Shown here: positions 25,962-38,688 of the stretch, piece after piece
Numbering within the stretch: the first letter of the stretch is position 1
How the letters are laid out: each line of letters opens with the position of its first letter
Source of the DNA: Octopus vulgaris
Taxonomy: Eukaryota
Assembly (NCBI GenBank): GCA_951406725.2
Contig: OX597814.1
Coordinates: 29,512,001 to 29,576,000, forward strand
Direction: 5' to 3'
Length of the DNA stretch: 64,000 bases
Program-made: the position numbers and the translations under genes
Notes under the pieces: model-generated
The model's database searches: none
Seen by the model: only the letters and a program-made list of their open reading frames with translations
What the model was told of the DNA's origin: nothing

Positions 25962-26500
25962 CAGTGTTTCCCAACCTTTTTTCCCGGCGCCCCACTTTTC
26001 CATAGCAAAAGTTTTTACGCCCCACCTTTTCCCATGTCCACTCACATTTACAAGTACATGTGGGCCTTCTTACAATTGAAAAAAATCAAAAATTAAAAAA
26101 TTGTATTCATAATAAGCAAAACGGTTTACGCTCATCATGCTCATCAGGAATGAATCCAAACTTCAAAAACTCCACCGCGTATTGACGAGTCTTCTTCTTG
26201 TTTGGTTTGCTCATTTTCAATAGGGCTAACAAAAGACTAATTGAGGCAAACTAATTGAGGCAATTGATTGGCTTATCTGAATAGTAAGTTTATTGCTCAG
26301 TGCGGGATCTTCTTTGTCTCGCTGGGGTGCGAGAGTTTCCGATGTGGAGGCTTCAAAGGAAAGACGGAATCTAAGGTTGTGCCCGCGATGACCGCTCGTC
26401 ATGTACAAATATTTTCACAGCCCACGTCTATGCCCCGCGCCCCACCTGAATTTTCTCAGGCCCCACCAGTGGGGCGTACGCCCCACCTTGGGAATCACTG
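25962..26500 (-). mobile_element. hAT (Buster/Charlie-type) internal-deletion derivative
   Basis: TIRs CAGTGTTTCCCAA / TTGGGAATCACTG, perfect 8-bp TSD ctttacac, and transposase start MSKPNKKKTRQYAVEFLKFGFIPDEHDERKPFCLL on the minus strand from 26214. Confidence 0.92.
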
Positions 26501-28307
26501 CTTTACACTAAACAACACACACGTCCCACACAAACAGATTAAAATGCTCACTGCTAAATACAAATCTTCTATAACATTCACAGCACATAGGTAACATAGT
26601 AAAGAAGACAAAACTACACACAAACATATTTTGAGCAACCACATATACCATATCTGGCCAACAGCAACAATGGTGAACAAACAATGCATTTGGATCCATC
26701 ATGGATTATGGCAGTTCTTACCTGTACATTACCTTGTTTCTCAGCAACAAACCATAACAAACTACAAAGAACACAAAACAGTTCTCTGTGCATTCATAAC
26801 AGGATGTTCACACACTACACCTTCTGGCCACTTTACACAGTGAGACAAATTATTAAAAATTAATGACTCCCTGGATATGCAGTTGGCACAGTTTATTGCA
26901 GTCATCTTCAACACTCATAGTCCATGATATGATATGAAAGAAAGAAAGGAAAAAACTAAAGAAATGACCCAGACATATGCACAAAATACCAGAATACCAA
27001 CTACATTATTTTAATAATATTTTCTCTCCCATTCAGCTCAAGAAGAAAGAATACACAAAACAGAAATTACTGCAACATCAATAGCCTCACTTGTCCCAAA
27101 TGCATTGCTGGGGATGCACACCACCAACAGGAAGTGCATAGAAACTGCAACTGTTGCACACTGACTACGACTACCTTGTTTTGTCTCTGCTACAGCCACT
27201 GTCAGAATCTATGGATATGCAGAAATAAATACTAAACAGTGGAGAGAGTGCAATATGTAAGACTGTCACACTGCACCTCATGTGTTTCATTGCTACTTGT
27301 TGTATAATGCAGTATGATCCTCAGTTACTGAAGACATGATGTAACTAGAAGCTGGGGTGGGGGCTGTTGTGTTTTTATCATCCAGCTGATTATACCTGTA
27401 TGTCATAAGAAGACTGCATGATTAGAGCTGACCTGGGGCTAAAGAAAAGCAACAACAGCAAACAGCATAATGAGGGAGCCTCTTCTAGGAGCCAGTGAAA
27501 AAAATGCTTCTATATAGTTATTCAATCTGCTAGAAATAACAGCCAAACTGTTTTCAGTATCTGCTGTCTTGAAAAATGTAGGACAAATTAGATAATGTAA
27601 TCTAAGCTACATTCTTGCCTAAAAGGCAGAGTGGTCATATCTGGAATGTTTGTGATCATAATAATACCTTATACACAACTGCATGCATGCATATCCTTGC
27701 TCATAGTATAGGTATGCTCAGACACATGAATTCACTCTCTCCTCATGCATATATTATATGAATAATCATTTAAACACACACACACACACTTGCATACATC
27801 TTATTCTCTTTTGTAAGCATGTATTCTTGTTGGACACACATATGTTGTGATGGTCTTAGAAAAATGATTTACTCAATATCCATCAATTCTCTCAGTGCAC
27901 AAACACATACACGCACACACACATGCATACACACACACATGCATACTCACACATGCATACACACACATGCATACTCACACATGCACACACTCATACATAT
28001 GCATACACACATATGTGCAACATCACTTTGATAGTCTGTGTATTAAAGCGGGATTTGCTTTTTACTTCATAACCATTGCTGTCGGACGTTTTTCTTTGTA
28101 GTTCAGTTTCTTCGATCGATCTATCGATCATGACTTATTCTTCTATTCTCTTCTGCATATATCGCTACTGTTCTGCTCACTAACATAGCCAGAAAGGAGA
28201 AAATAAAAATAAACATAATACTATTCTATCCATAGAAAATGCATATCTATGTACATGCCCAAAGATACATTAATTTCAGTTCAATAGTTCCTGTTCAAAT
28301 TTGTTTT

Positions 28308-28344
28308 CTATTTATTTTTATTTTTATCTTTATTTTTATTATTA

Positions 28345-28381
<37 letters not shown>

Positions 28382-28418
28382 CATTATTATTATTATTATT
28401 ATTATTATTGTTGTTATT
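28308..28418. repeat. (ATT)n microsatellite
   Basis: Directly visible. Confidence 0.95.
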
Positions 28419-28537
28419 AATTTTTTAAATAAAGCTTTCCAGTTTTTTAAATAAAGCATTTCAGATTTGGAGGTTAATCCACAAACTATGTGTATGTGTG
28501 TGTGTATATATATACACACACATACACATATACACAC

Positions 28538-28584
<47 letters not shown>

Positions 28585-29432
28585 TTATATATATATATGT
28601 ATGTTTATTCACACACTCATGCACACACATATAAATATAAACACACATACACATATATTTACACATGCACAAACATACATGTATGGCAGAAGAAAGACAT
28701 TAATTATGATGATGATGATGATGATGAATACTATCAATAATAATTATTGAGAACTGTTGAATTAAATATTATAGTAACAATAAATTTACAACCAAGCATT
28801 TGCATATGAGTCCATGCATATGCATGGACATGCTTCTGTATATCCATACGTATGTGTGTAATCAGATGGACAATCATGTGATTAAATCCATACCATAAAT
28901 TTGAGCAGGTCTCCAACTGTATACGGTTGATATTGGCTGGATGTGAATATTATAGGAAGCAGATTTTACACACCTTACTATGACTACACGCATAGGAGTC
29001 TTAAAAAATTATGCATTTGCATGCATGAATCATCTGTTTTGTCAGATGAAGAAATGTAGTGCCCATGAAATTTTTTAGGGCCTCTGAGACTGGAACAAGA
29101 AGTTAGGCCCAAATGCACAGGGGTTAGGTGACAATAGATTGAGTCTGCCATACAAGAACAGGAACAGGCTTCTCGACAGTTCCTGTCTATCAAAGGCACC
29201 ACACAATAGAATCAAACCTATAACCATGTTGATTTTTATTGATCGCAGTACTTCACTAGGATCAATAAATAATCATGGATATCATTATTATTGGGTCCAC
29301 TTTGCCTTTCATCTGTTCGAGGTTGATAGAATAAGCACTGGTTGAGCACTGGGATCAATGTAATCGACTGACTCCACTCCCTCAAATTTAAGGCCTTATG
29401 CCTATAGTAGAAAGGAATATTATTATTATTAA

Positions 29433-29653
29433 CCCTTTCATTACCAACCCGGCTGAAACCGGCTCTAGCTCCGAGTACAAATGTCTTGTTTTTTTTATGT
29501 TCTGAATTAAAATCTTCCACCAAGCATTAGTCACGATTTATGTTCCTAACACTAGCTTAATGATAACTAAGTTATTTTACTAAATTCTTTGCTATATTTA
29601 AAGTGATTCAAAGAAACACGGATCATCTCAAAATAAATACAGTAACGAAAGGG
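29433..29653. mobile_element. piggyBac-like MITE P2
   Basis: ttaa|CCCTTTC...GAAAGGG|ttaa. Homologous to 6690-6911. Confidence 0.85.
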
Positions 29654-29960
29654 TTAAAGGAGGGCACATGGCCTAGTGGTTAGAGTGTTGCACTAATAAT
29701 CATGAGATCATGGTTTCAATTCTTAGACCAGGCAGTGCATTGTGTTTCTGAGCAAAACATTTCATCTCATACTGCTCGGTGGTCACTTCGACACCTGATG
29801 TGTAGCATACTGTGCATCTCTTCAGCCAATGTCGATTTGATGGAGGGAGTGAACTAATGTACAGCATATACATTTAATCACTATAAACAATTCATTTGTG
29901 CAGGTCATTCAGCAAAAGAAAAACTGTACTCATAATCATCTTTGATGGGAGAGTCCATAA

Positions 29961-29992
<32 letters not shown>

Positions 29993-29996
<4 letters not shown>

Positions 29997-30352
29997 TAAT
30001 CCTATTTTTATCACGTACTTTCACTGCACTACCAAGTGCTGCTCTGTGTGCCTTCAGTATGTGCTGTGGTTTGCTGTGATGCTCTGATGGTTACAGTATT
30101 GAAAGTGTTTTGCATAGGATGTGTGCAGTGCCTAGTAGTGCAATTTTCTGTATGTTATATATTTGTAAGTCCTGGTGTTTTTGTTATGTATTTGTCTGGA
30201 TATCTTTTTATCATGCCTAATGCACCTACTATGATAGGAATTGTTTCTGTTTTTAGATTCCACATTAGAGTTACCTCTATTTCCAGGTCTTTGTATTTTG
30301 AAAGTTTCTCCATTTCTTTTAGAGAAACGTTGTCATCTGCTGGTATTGATAA
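29993..30352 (-). mobile_element. Dong/R4-clade non-LTR retrotransposon 3' end in a (TAA)n tract
   Basis: Minus strand reads NVSLKEMEKLSKYKDLEIEVTLMWNLKTETIPIIVGALGMI, then after a frameshift IQKIALLGTAHIL (R4/Dong RLE C-terminus). (TTA)n on both flanks. Confidence 0.85.
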
Positions 30353-32045
30353 ATCAATTGTTGTTGTTGTTGTTATTATTATTATTATTTTTATTATTAT
30401 TATTATTATTACAATATTATTAATGATAATAATAATTATTATTTACTTTATCAACTCTGGAAAGATAAAGCACAAATTAGGCTCCGATGGGCATTGAACT
30501 CAGAATCTAACTAAATTCTGCAAAACATTTAATCTGATTCTGCAATCTACTGCCCTTTAATAGTGATAGCATTTATGTCAAAAATATTGATCGCTTTGAT
30601 AACAAATTATTAAATAAAAAGAATTTCTGTTGATAAAGTTCTTTTGTTTGTCATTTAGAAAACATGGCACAGATCCAGCTGACCAATTTGTATTTATTGG
30701 GTCTTTTATAGATTATTGCTGTATTCCCTCTGATAGAAGCAATTAATTAACACTTACACAGTTTCATAGATTCTGGACAAATAAATAGGATCATTATCAT
30801 CATCATCATCATTCCTTTAACATTTTACTATTCAATGCTTACATAAGTCAGATGGAATCTGTTGAGACAGATTTTTTATGGCTGGGTGCTCTTCCTGTTG
30901 TCAACCCTTGTCTTTTTCTAAGTTAGGCAGTATTTCCCCTTGACCAGACCCATTTCCACAATAGATTGAAAACGGGAGGCCACCACATGCATGATGGTGG
31001 CACTTGTTTACAACTATTAGGTGCTGTCAAGGCAAGGAGACGATAACAGACATATACATATATTATGATGAGCTTCTTTCAGTTTCCATCTACCAAATTC
31101 ATTTACAAGGCTTTAGTTAGCCTGCTTCTATAGAAGACACTTGCCCTAGGAGCCATACAGTAGGTTTGAACTTGGAATCATAAGGTTGAGAAACAAACTT
31201 CTTACCACATAGCCACACAGGGTGACTGTTGTATTTTGTTGCTATTGTACTATAGCACCATGACCACCACCACTGCCAGTAGATTTTTGAACAAAACCAT
31301 TCCAACCATAACCTATTCAGGTTTTTTTTTTTTTTTTGTTAAGTAGCTGTGGATCTCAATTATCCAGTATCATCTTTTTGAAACAACTGGTTCTTATTTG
31401 AGGAATATTTGATGGCTATTTCTGGCATGTTGAATGGCTATGTGGAGTCCTCTATTTGTAAATAGTCAAACATCAAATGGATGCCAGTGAAATGTGTCTT
31501 GTGTATCACATGTGATACACTGGTAGGCCAAAGGTTAATGGCTTTATTTTTTGTAAATGGTGGTTTGTAATTTCAGGGATGTTTGGCTACCATTTGTACC
31601 TCACATAGCTTTGTGTTTGTGTGTGTGTGTGTGTATGCAATCATGCATGAACAATTGTGTGCGCACATTTGCTGGCTCGTAAATAATACAGATACTATCC
31701 TAAGGGATAACATCAAATTCCTTATGTCTGTATTCATTTTTATCTTTCTTGGTTTCCAAACCAAATTATCTACTTAGTGCTTTAGGAAATTCAGTTCTAT
31801 CACACTTTATTGCCTTCAATAAAATAATAAAGATTGAAAGCTTTAACTTTGGTTTGTCTCTGTTATTAAGCATGTTTCAGAAATTAGAACTGACTTTCCA
31901 TTCCGCTCTGATTTGTTATTACTTTCATTATTTACACTTTGATATATTTGGCATCAACTGCATAGACTGATTGTCGCTTTCTTTATTTCATGTGCATCCA
32001 TGCACACGTACGCACACACACAAAAGTAGGTATATACACGCATTG

Positions 32046-32278
32046 CGGCGAGCTGGCAGAATCGTTAGCACGCCGGGCAAAATGCGTAACTGTATTTCGT
32101 CTGCCGTTACATTCTGAGTTCAAATTCCGCCGGGGTCGACTTTACCTTTCATCCTTTCGGGGTCGATAAATTAAGTACCAGTTACGCACTGGGGTCGATG
32201 TAATCGACCTAATACCTATGTCTGTCCTTGTTTGTCCTCTCTGTGTTTAGCCCCTTGTGGGTAGTAAAGAAATAGGTA
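32046..32278 (+). mobile_element. SINE family B with TSD
   Basis: Flanked by aggta(t/c)atacacgcat. Confidence 0.88.
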
Positions 32279-32748
32279 CATACACGCATACATACAAGTA
32301 TACAAAAAAGCTAAAACCATCATTCTTAAGTGTAGCTTGGTAGCATGTACCATGTTTTTACTAATTATGTTAGGTCCCCATGTAGCTGCAAATGGACATA
32401 GATACCCTCTTGGCCATCTCACCTTTTGACCCAGTTGAGCATGGAGGATGTGACTGCTGGAGGGAGAGAGGCCTGCACCAGCACTTGACTGCTACTTATT
32501 TACAACTGAGTAAACTGGAGCAATGAAGTTTAACTCCCTTGCTCAAGGATATAATGCGCCACCCATTCAAGGAATCCGACTCGTGATCTTTTAATTATGA
32601 CTCCACCACTCTAACTACTAAGTTTTACATACATTTGTGTATCATGGGTTCAATTCCTGGATCAAGTGGAATGTTATGTCCTTGAACAAAGTACTTAATT
32701 TCACATTCCACTTGAAAATGAATACCAGTTAAGTGCTGGTACAGCCGC

Positions 32749-32749
<1 letters not shown>

Positions 32750-32811
<62 letters not shown>

Positions 32812-32838
32812 TCTCTCTCTCCCTCTCTCTCTCTCTCT
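32750..32838. repeat. (CT)n microsatellite
   Basis: Directly visible. Confidence 0.95.
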
Positions 32839-33134
32839 AGCTGTCATGTTCTCAGCATTCCACTAAGTCAAGTGAGAGGGCCAGGAATGTGCCTGTGTCT
32901 GTCCACATCTACAGAGGTACCTTATGCAATTAGGGAAAGCATGGTACCTGCTATCAAATCAAACTTGCTTGCAAGTAATGGCCCTAGCTTTTGATCTGTG
33001 TGTGTGTGCATGCGTATGCATACTTGCATGCATGTATATATGTATGTGTGTGTGTGTGTATATATATACATATATATATATACACATACATGCATGCAAG
33101 TATGCATACACACACACACACACACACTTAGATC

Positions 33135-33595
33135 GAAATCAAAATCAAATTCGATGACTGGCATCCGTACTAGTGGAGCAGTAAGAGCACCATCCGAGTG
33201 TGATCGTTGCCAGAGCAGCTAACTGGCTTCCGTTCCGTTGGCACATAAAAAGCGCCATTCAAGCGTGATCGCTACCAGCATCGCCTTACTGACATTTGTG
33301 CTGGTGGCACGTGTAAAAATATTTGAGCGAGGTTGTTACCAGTGCCGCTGGACTGGCTCCTGTGCAGGTGGCACGTAAAAAGCACCATTTGAGCGTGGCC
33401 ATTGCTAGTACCACCTGACTGTCACATAAAAGCACCCACTACACTCTCGGAGTGGTTGGCGTTAGGAAGGGCATCCAACTGTAGAAACCTTGCAAGATCA
33501 GATTGGAACCTAGTGCAGCCATCTGGTTCGCCAGTCCTCAGTCAAATCGTCCAACCCATGCCAGCATGGAAAGCGGACGTTAAATGATGATGATG
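33135..33595 (+). mobile_element. RTE LINE 3'-UTR fragment with minisatellite
   Basis: Homologous to 4310-4690, with (GAT)n tail. Confidence 0.75.
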
Positions 33596-36144
33596 GGATG
33601 ATAAATGAAAATGCATGTGACAAGCATGAAGAATTCGCTGTCACATTTTCTCTTTTTATATGAGGTCACGTGCCTATGCAAGAAAATCATTTTAATTTCA
33701 CGACTATTGATTAACTATACACTTTGTTTTAATTATTCCAGGGTGTGTGTGTGTGTATGTGTGTGGTAAATGTATTTGTTTTGTAAAATACCTTTTCTGT
33801 AAATTCATTTTCTTGCGTAAATTTATAAAATTGATATAGTTTTTTTTTGTTTTTTTTGTCTTAATTTTTTTTATTGGCATGTATTTTTTTTTTATTCCAA
33901 TGTATTTTTCTTGCCTTCTTAACCTTAGTGCTTATTTGAGTAAGATTAATCTTTGAAATGCTACTGAACAACTTAGCGCAAGCCTATTACAAGGTTTTCT
34001 ATTCTCACATTCTAAAGATGCTTCATGTTGTTGATTATTTCCGATTGGAATTATTGTCAAGATGAATAAAAAGTGCTCTCTTGTTTTCATGTGAATAGAA
34101 GAAAAGCCAAGTTTTGTTGCATATCCAGAGACACAGTATGGAATTAATTACTTCAATTTTTATTCACTTTCTTTTAGACTTTCTATTCTTTTTATCATTG
34201 TGGTTTACATTGACAGTTTTTGTTGGTTTTCTCATCATGTTAAGATCAACTCTTTTATAAATTTAGCTGGCATTATTTCTTTGATCGTCATCCTTAATGT
34301 AATTTAACAGTCATTTGTGTTGCAAGATTTACAGAAAAGCTTTTCCTAACCCGTCCCTGTCTTCCCTTACCCTTTGACATTTCCTTTATCAAATATTAAA
34401 GGATAGGGGGCACATTTGAAATACCGTGTCTCAAGTTGTTTCAGTTTGCTCATATACTTAGTGACTCTAGCTTTCAATATTTCTCATCCTATTAGACCGT
34501 TGTTGAACAACAGAAACAGCTGAGCTCTAGACTAAATCAAATGTTTTAACCAAAAATAAGCTTATTTCAGTGTTCTGGGTTCAAATCCTTCTAAAGAAGG
34601 TCGACTTTGTTTTTCTTCATTCTAGGATCAATAAACACAATACTAGTCATGCCATGTAATGATGTAAATTCAATTGCCTACACACACACACACACACACC
34701 TACCACCTCCTCTGCACATGTGCAGCTTCATGTCAATGTAAAAAAAAAAAATCAATATTTCTCATCTCGCTAACATCACTCTCATCATTTAGTGATATAA
34801 ATGCAGACTTTTCTCTTGCATGCATCAACAAATATCTTCAATTTCCAAACACATTTCTCAGCTCATTTGCACTTCTCCCATGTTTACCTAGCACATCCAA
34901 CTTATCACTCTCATCTATATGGCTTTCTACCTGCTACAAGTATTTTTACTTTTATTAAACATATTTCTCTGCCTGTAGCATTACAAAACACCGTAAAGCT
35001 ATTTTTCTTTTTTCGTTTTTGGTTTTTAACAGTTGAGTTGATAGTTGATATGATATAGATTAATCAGCTCAGAGTTCATAAGTTCAAATCCAAAGCAAAC
35101 TGTTCTTTGTGTCTTTGGGCAATATATTCAATTTTTCACGCTCCATTTCATCTCACTATCAGCAATAAGTACCAGTTTATCTGGGAATGCTATTTGTTAG
35201 AACCAGAATTCTGTCTGGGGGGGAGATATTTAATGTCTTAAACACCATTATAGAGTTCCTTAAGGCTTACAGATGATAATAGATGCCTAAAGGTTCCATA
35301 CATATCTCTCACTAAATGTTATCATATTATCACTCATCAAGTTATTCAAGTGATTCTAATCTATTACAAGTAGCTATAGCTAGTTACAGTAAACTTCTTT
35401 TCATTTTCATTCACCAGAGACATTTCTTTTACAGCACTTTTTCTCACTCAGAGGAAAAACGTTTTTTTTTTTTTTTTTTCAAAATACTGCTTTTTATCAT
35501 CACCATCATCATCATTCAGTTTTCGATTTTGGCATGGATTGGATGGATTACCATGGACCAAGCCAGTTCTTATTCAAAGTTACAGCTTACCTAAATGAAT
35601 CAGAGACCATGTCTCTTTTGTATGTTCTGTATTTGGCATGGTTCCTTTGGCTGGATGTCTTTAGCAAGTCTACAAAGGGTGGGGAGAGCTTTTTTTTTTT
35701 TTTTTTTTTTTTTGTGACACAAGCCCTGGAGATGTTTTGTCTCTGATAGGACTATAGTGTCCTCTCTATATGTTATCATTTTCTTCACCTGCACCAGTAT
35801 GATAAAAGGGGAGCCAGAGTGATAGAGGAGGGAGTTATGTGTATGAGAGAGTAAATAATGGACAGTAGTGAAGATGGGTATTGGTAAGAGAGTAGAAGTG
35901 ATGGATGTCAGTTATAACAAGGAGAGAGAGAGAGAGAGTGAATGAGAGCTAGCAATAAAGAAAAGGTAAATGTAATGGGGAAGGGATTGAATACAAATTG
36001 ATCCAATGTGATCCAATCTCTCTTTACATAAACTATATCTTGGCAGAGAGGTAGTGATTGTAAGAAACTTGTTAGTAGAAGAGTTGATGAGTAATGTATT
36101 AAAAAGTAACAAAGGAAAGGAGAGAACATTACATGAATGTGAAC

Positions 36145-36560
36145 GTGGCTGTGTGGTAAGTAGCTTGTTTACCAACCACATGGTTCCAGGTTCAGTCCCA
36201 CTGCGTGGCACCTTGGGCAAGTGTCTTCTACTATAGCCTCGGGCCGACCAAAGCCTTGTGAGTGGATTTGGTAGACGGAAACTGAAAGAAGCCCGTCGTA
36301 TATATGTATATATATATATATATGCGTGTGTGTGTGTTTGTGTGTCTGTATTTGTCCCCCTAGCATTGCTTGACAACCGATGCTGGTGTGTTTATGGTCC
36401 CCGTTACTTAGCGGTTTGGCAAAAGAGACCAATAAAATAAGTACTGGGCTTACAAAAGAATAAGTCCCGGGGGTCGAGTTGCTCGACTATAAAGGCGGTG
36501 CTCCAGCATGGCTGCAGTCGAATGACTGAAACAAGTAAGAGAGTAAAAGAGTAAAGAGTA
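36145..36560 (+). mobile_element. SINE family A
   Basis: Family match. Confidence 0.88.
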
Positions 36561-36754
36561 TATTATTTAGGTGAGATTCTAATGTTGATATAATGCATCT
36601 CAGTCAGCATCACCGCTGCCATTATCATTTTTTATATCCATCTCCCCATGCTTCACAAGTTGCAGTCTCTTGTTATCTCCGTCATAAAGTTTGACCGTTT
36701 AACAACATCAGTCTTCACCACTTCATCCTCAGCCAGAGTCTCCATCTCCTCTTC

Positions 36755-36980
36755 TCTTTTACTCTCTTTACTCTTTTACTTGTTTCAGCCATTTGACTGC
36801 GGCCATGCTGGAGCACCGCCTTTAGTCGAGCAAATCGACCCCGGGACTTATTCTTTGTAAGCCCAGTACTTATTCTATCGGTCTCTTTTTGCCGAACCAC
36901 TAAGTGACGGGGACGTAAACACACCAGCATCGGTTGTCAAGCAATGCTAGGGGGACAAACACAGACACACAAACACACAC

Positions 36981-37029
<49 letters not shown>

Positions 37030-37195
37030 TACGACAGGCTTCTTTCAGTTTCCGTCTACCAAATCCACTCACAAGGCATTTGGTAGGCCCGAGGCTATAG
37101 CAGAAGACACTTGCCCAAGATGCCACGCAGTGGGACTGAACCCGGAACCATGTGGTTGGTTAGCAAGCTACTTACCACACAGCCACTCCTGCGCC
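36755..37195 (-). mobile_element. SINE family A
   Basis: Family match, inverted relative to 36145-36560. Confidence 0.9.
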
Positions 37196-37399
37196 TGATT
37201 TCACTTTTATTAAATTTTTCTCTTAATTCATTTGTGCTCCATCATTAATGAATACATCATCATTACACATCCAAGGGTGTATGCTCACCTCTTTTTTTTT
37301 TTTTTTTTTACCAGACTTCACAAATTCTCTGTATTTAAGGGCCAACAGCATTGTACTTCATTGATATGCCTTGTACAAACAAACTTTCACTCAGAGATA

Positions 37400-37930
37400 G
37401 CGAGAGAAACCCATTGTTGTCAATAGAAATATTAGCTGCCTGAACTTTTTCCACTCCATACTTACTCTGGTAACCATGTCATTGGAACACCTACTCCAAC
37501 TGCTAATTAAGTCATCTAGGTAACAATAGTTATCAAATACTCATAGGAAGTCCTCTGAGTATTTGAAGGAATTTATTTCACATGGGCTCTTACAGGAGCA
37601 TTTACTAAATGCTCCTGTGCATTTGCCAAAAATGAAGCTTACATTTTTTTTGTCATCCTGCTTGTGATCCACCTCTTATATGTGCACAGCTTACACTGGA
37701 CACTCATATCAAGCAGGGCCACATTCCATGCTTAAAGTTGAGTTCTGCTAACTAAAAATTTAGTCTTTGTTATGTTTACTTTGAAGTTTCTCAACTCTAG
37801 GTTTTGCTTCCATGTCTGAAACGTCCTCTCCAAGTCTTTGACTGATTCATCTATGAGAATTAGGTTACTGGCAAACAGGAATTCCTATAGACAACTGGTC
37901 TTAAACTCCTGGTATACCTTGGAGGACTGT
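37400..37930 (-). mobile_element. degenerate RTE RT fragment
   Basis: EFKTSCL*EFLFASNLILIDES parallels the EFKTSYPWEMLY...LIAES motif at 7265-7700. Confidence 0.55.
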
Positions 37931-38164
37931 AATAAACAGACGGGAACACAGAATTACTTACTAAATTCCTTGCCGCAGTTATTATCTTTCATTTTCTTGA
38001 CTGCACTTCTGTATATGGCTTGCACAGCTCCAACAAGCTATTCATCTACCTCAAGCTCCTTTAACAGGGCATGGAACCTTGTCAAAACCTTCTCAAGATT
38101 TTTAAAGGCTAGGTACTGCAACTTATTCCTTAGTATTGGGTTGGCAACTAAGTTCCTGCCGTTT

Positions 38165-38370
38165 TTTTAAATTTAAATTTTAAAGAAGGTTTAATAAAAA
38201 TAACAACTAATTAATCAATAATATATTCACTCCTTGTTGTTTACAACTTCTTCCCAATATTCAACAAGATTTTCAATACTTCATTGGTAGAAATCACCCG
38301 ATTTCAACTCGAAAAATTGATCCAACCAAGCTCTCAATTCTGCATCAGTATTGAACGAAACTCTGCGCAT
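38165..38370 (-). mobile_element. mariner transposase C-terminal fragment
   Basis: FNTDAELRAWLDQFFELKSGDFYQ*SIENLVEYWEEVVNNKE*IY matches the mariner C-terminus. Confidence 0.8.
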
Positions 38371-38445
38371 AAGGGAACCAGTATTAAAAAAGGATAGAAA
38401 AATACTAGATTTATAAGCCCTAAAATTCACTCCATAATTGCCCAC

Positions 38446-38688
38446 AGGCATATGGCGTAGTGGTTAAGAGCTACTAACCCCAAGATTCCAAGTTCAATTC
38501 CAAGCAGTGACCTGAACAATAATAATAATAGGAATGAGAACACAGGTTCGAAATTTCCCCAAGACACCTGACGAAGGCTGGAGGGTATATTAGCCAAAAC
38601 GTTGTGTTAACAACAAACAAGATGAGGATAAATATCCGTCAAATGTAAATAATGTACATAATTCCTCGTCTCTTAAATATAGAACTGT
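38446..38688 (+). mobile_element. tRNA-headed SINE-like element with (AAT)n linker and hammerhead-containing tail
   Basis: A box tggcgtagtgg (38453-38463), B-box-like agttcaattcc (38491-38501), (AAT)n, then the HHR motif. Confidence 0.65.
38563..38608 (+). ncRNA. minimal type I hammerhead ribozyme (Penelope/retrozyme type), core G-to-A mutant in this copy
   Basis: Stem I gacac/gtgtt, core CTGACGA, stem II ggctg/tagcc, aaaa in place of GAAA, palindromic aacgtt stem III, GUU cleavage triplet. Confidence 0.7.

Noticed and set aside
30036-30497. 153-aa hydrophobic ORF (membrane protein-like)
   Set aside because: It is the antisense of the Dong/R4 fragment plus (TTA/TTG)n repeats.
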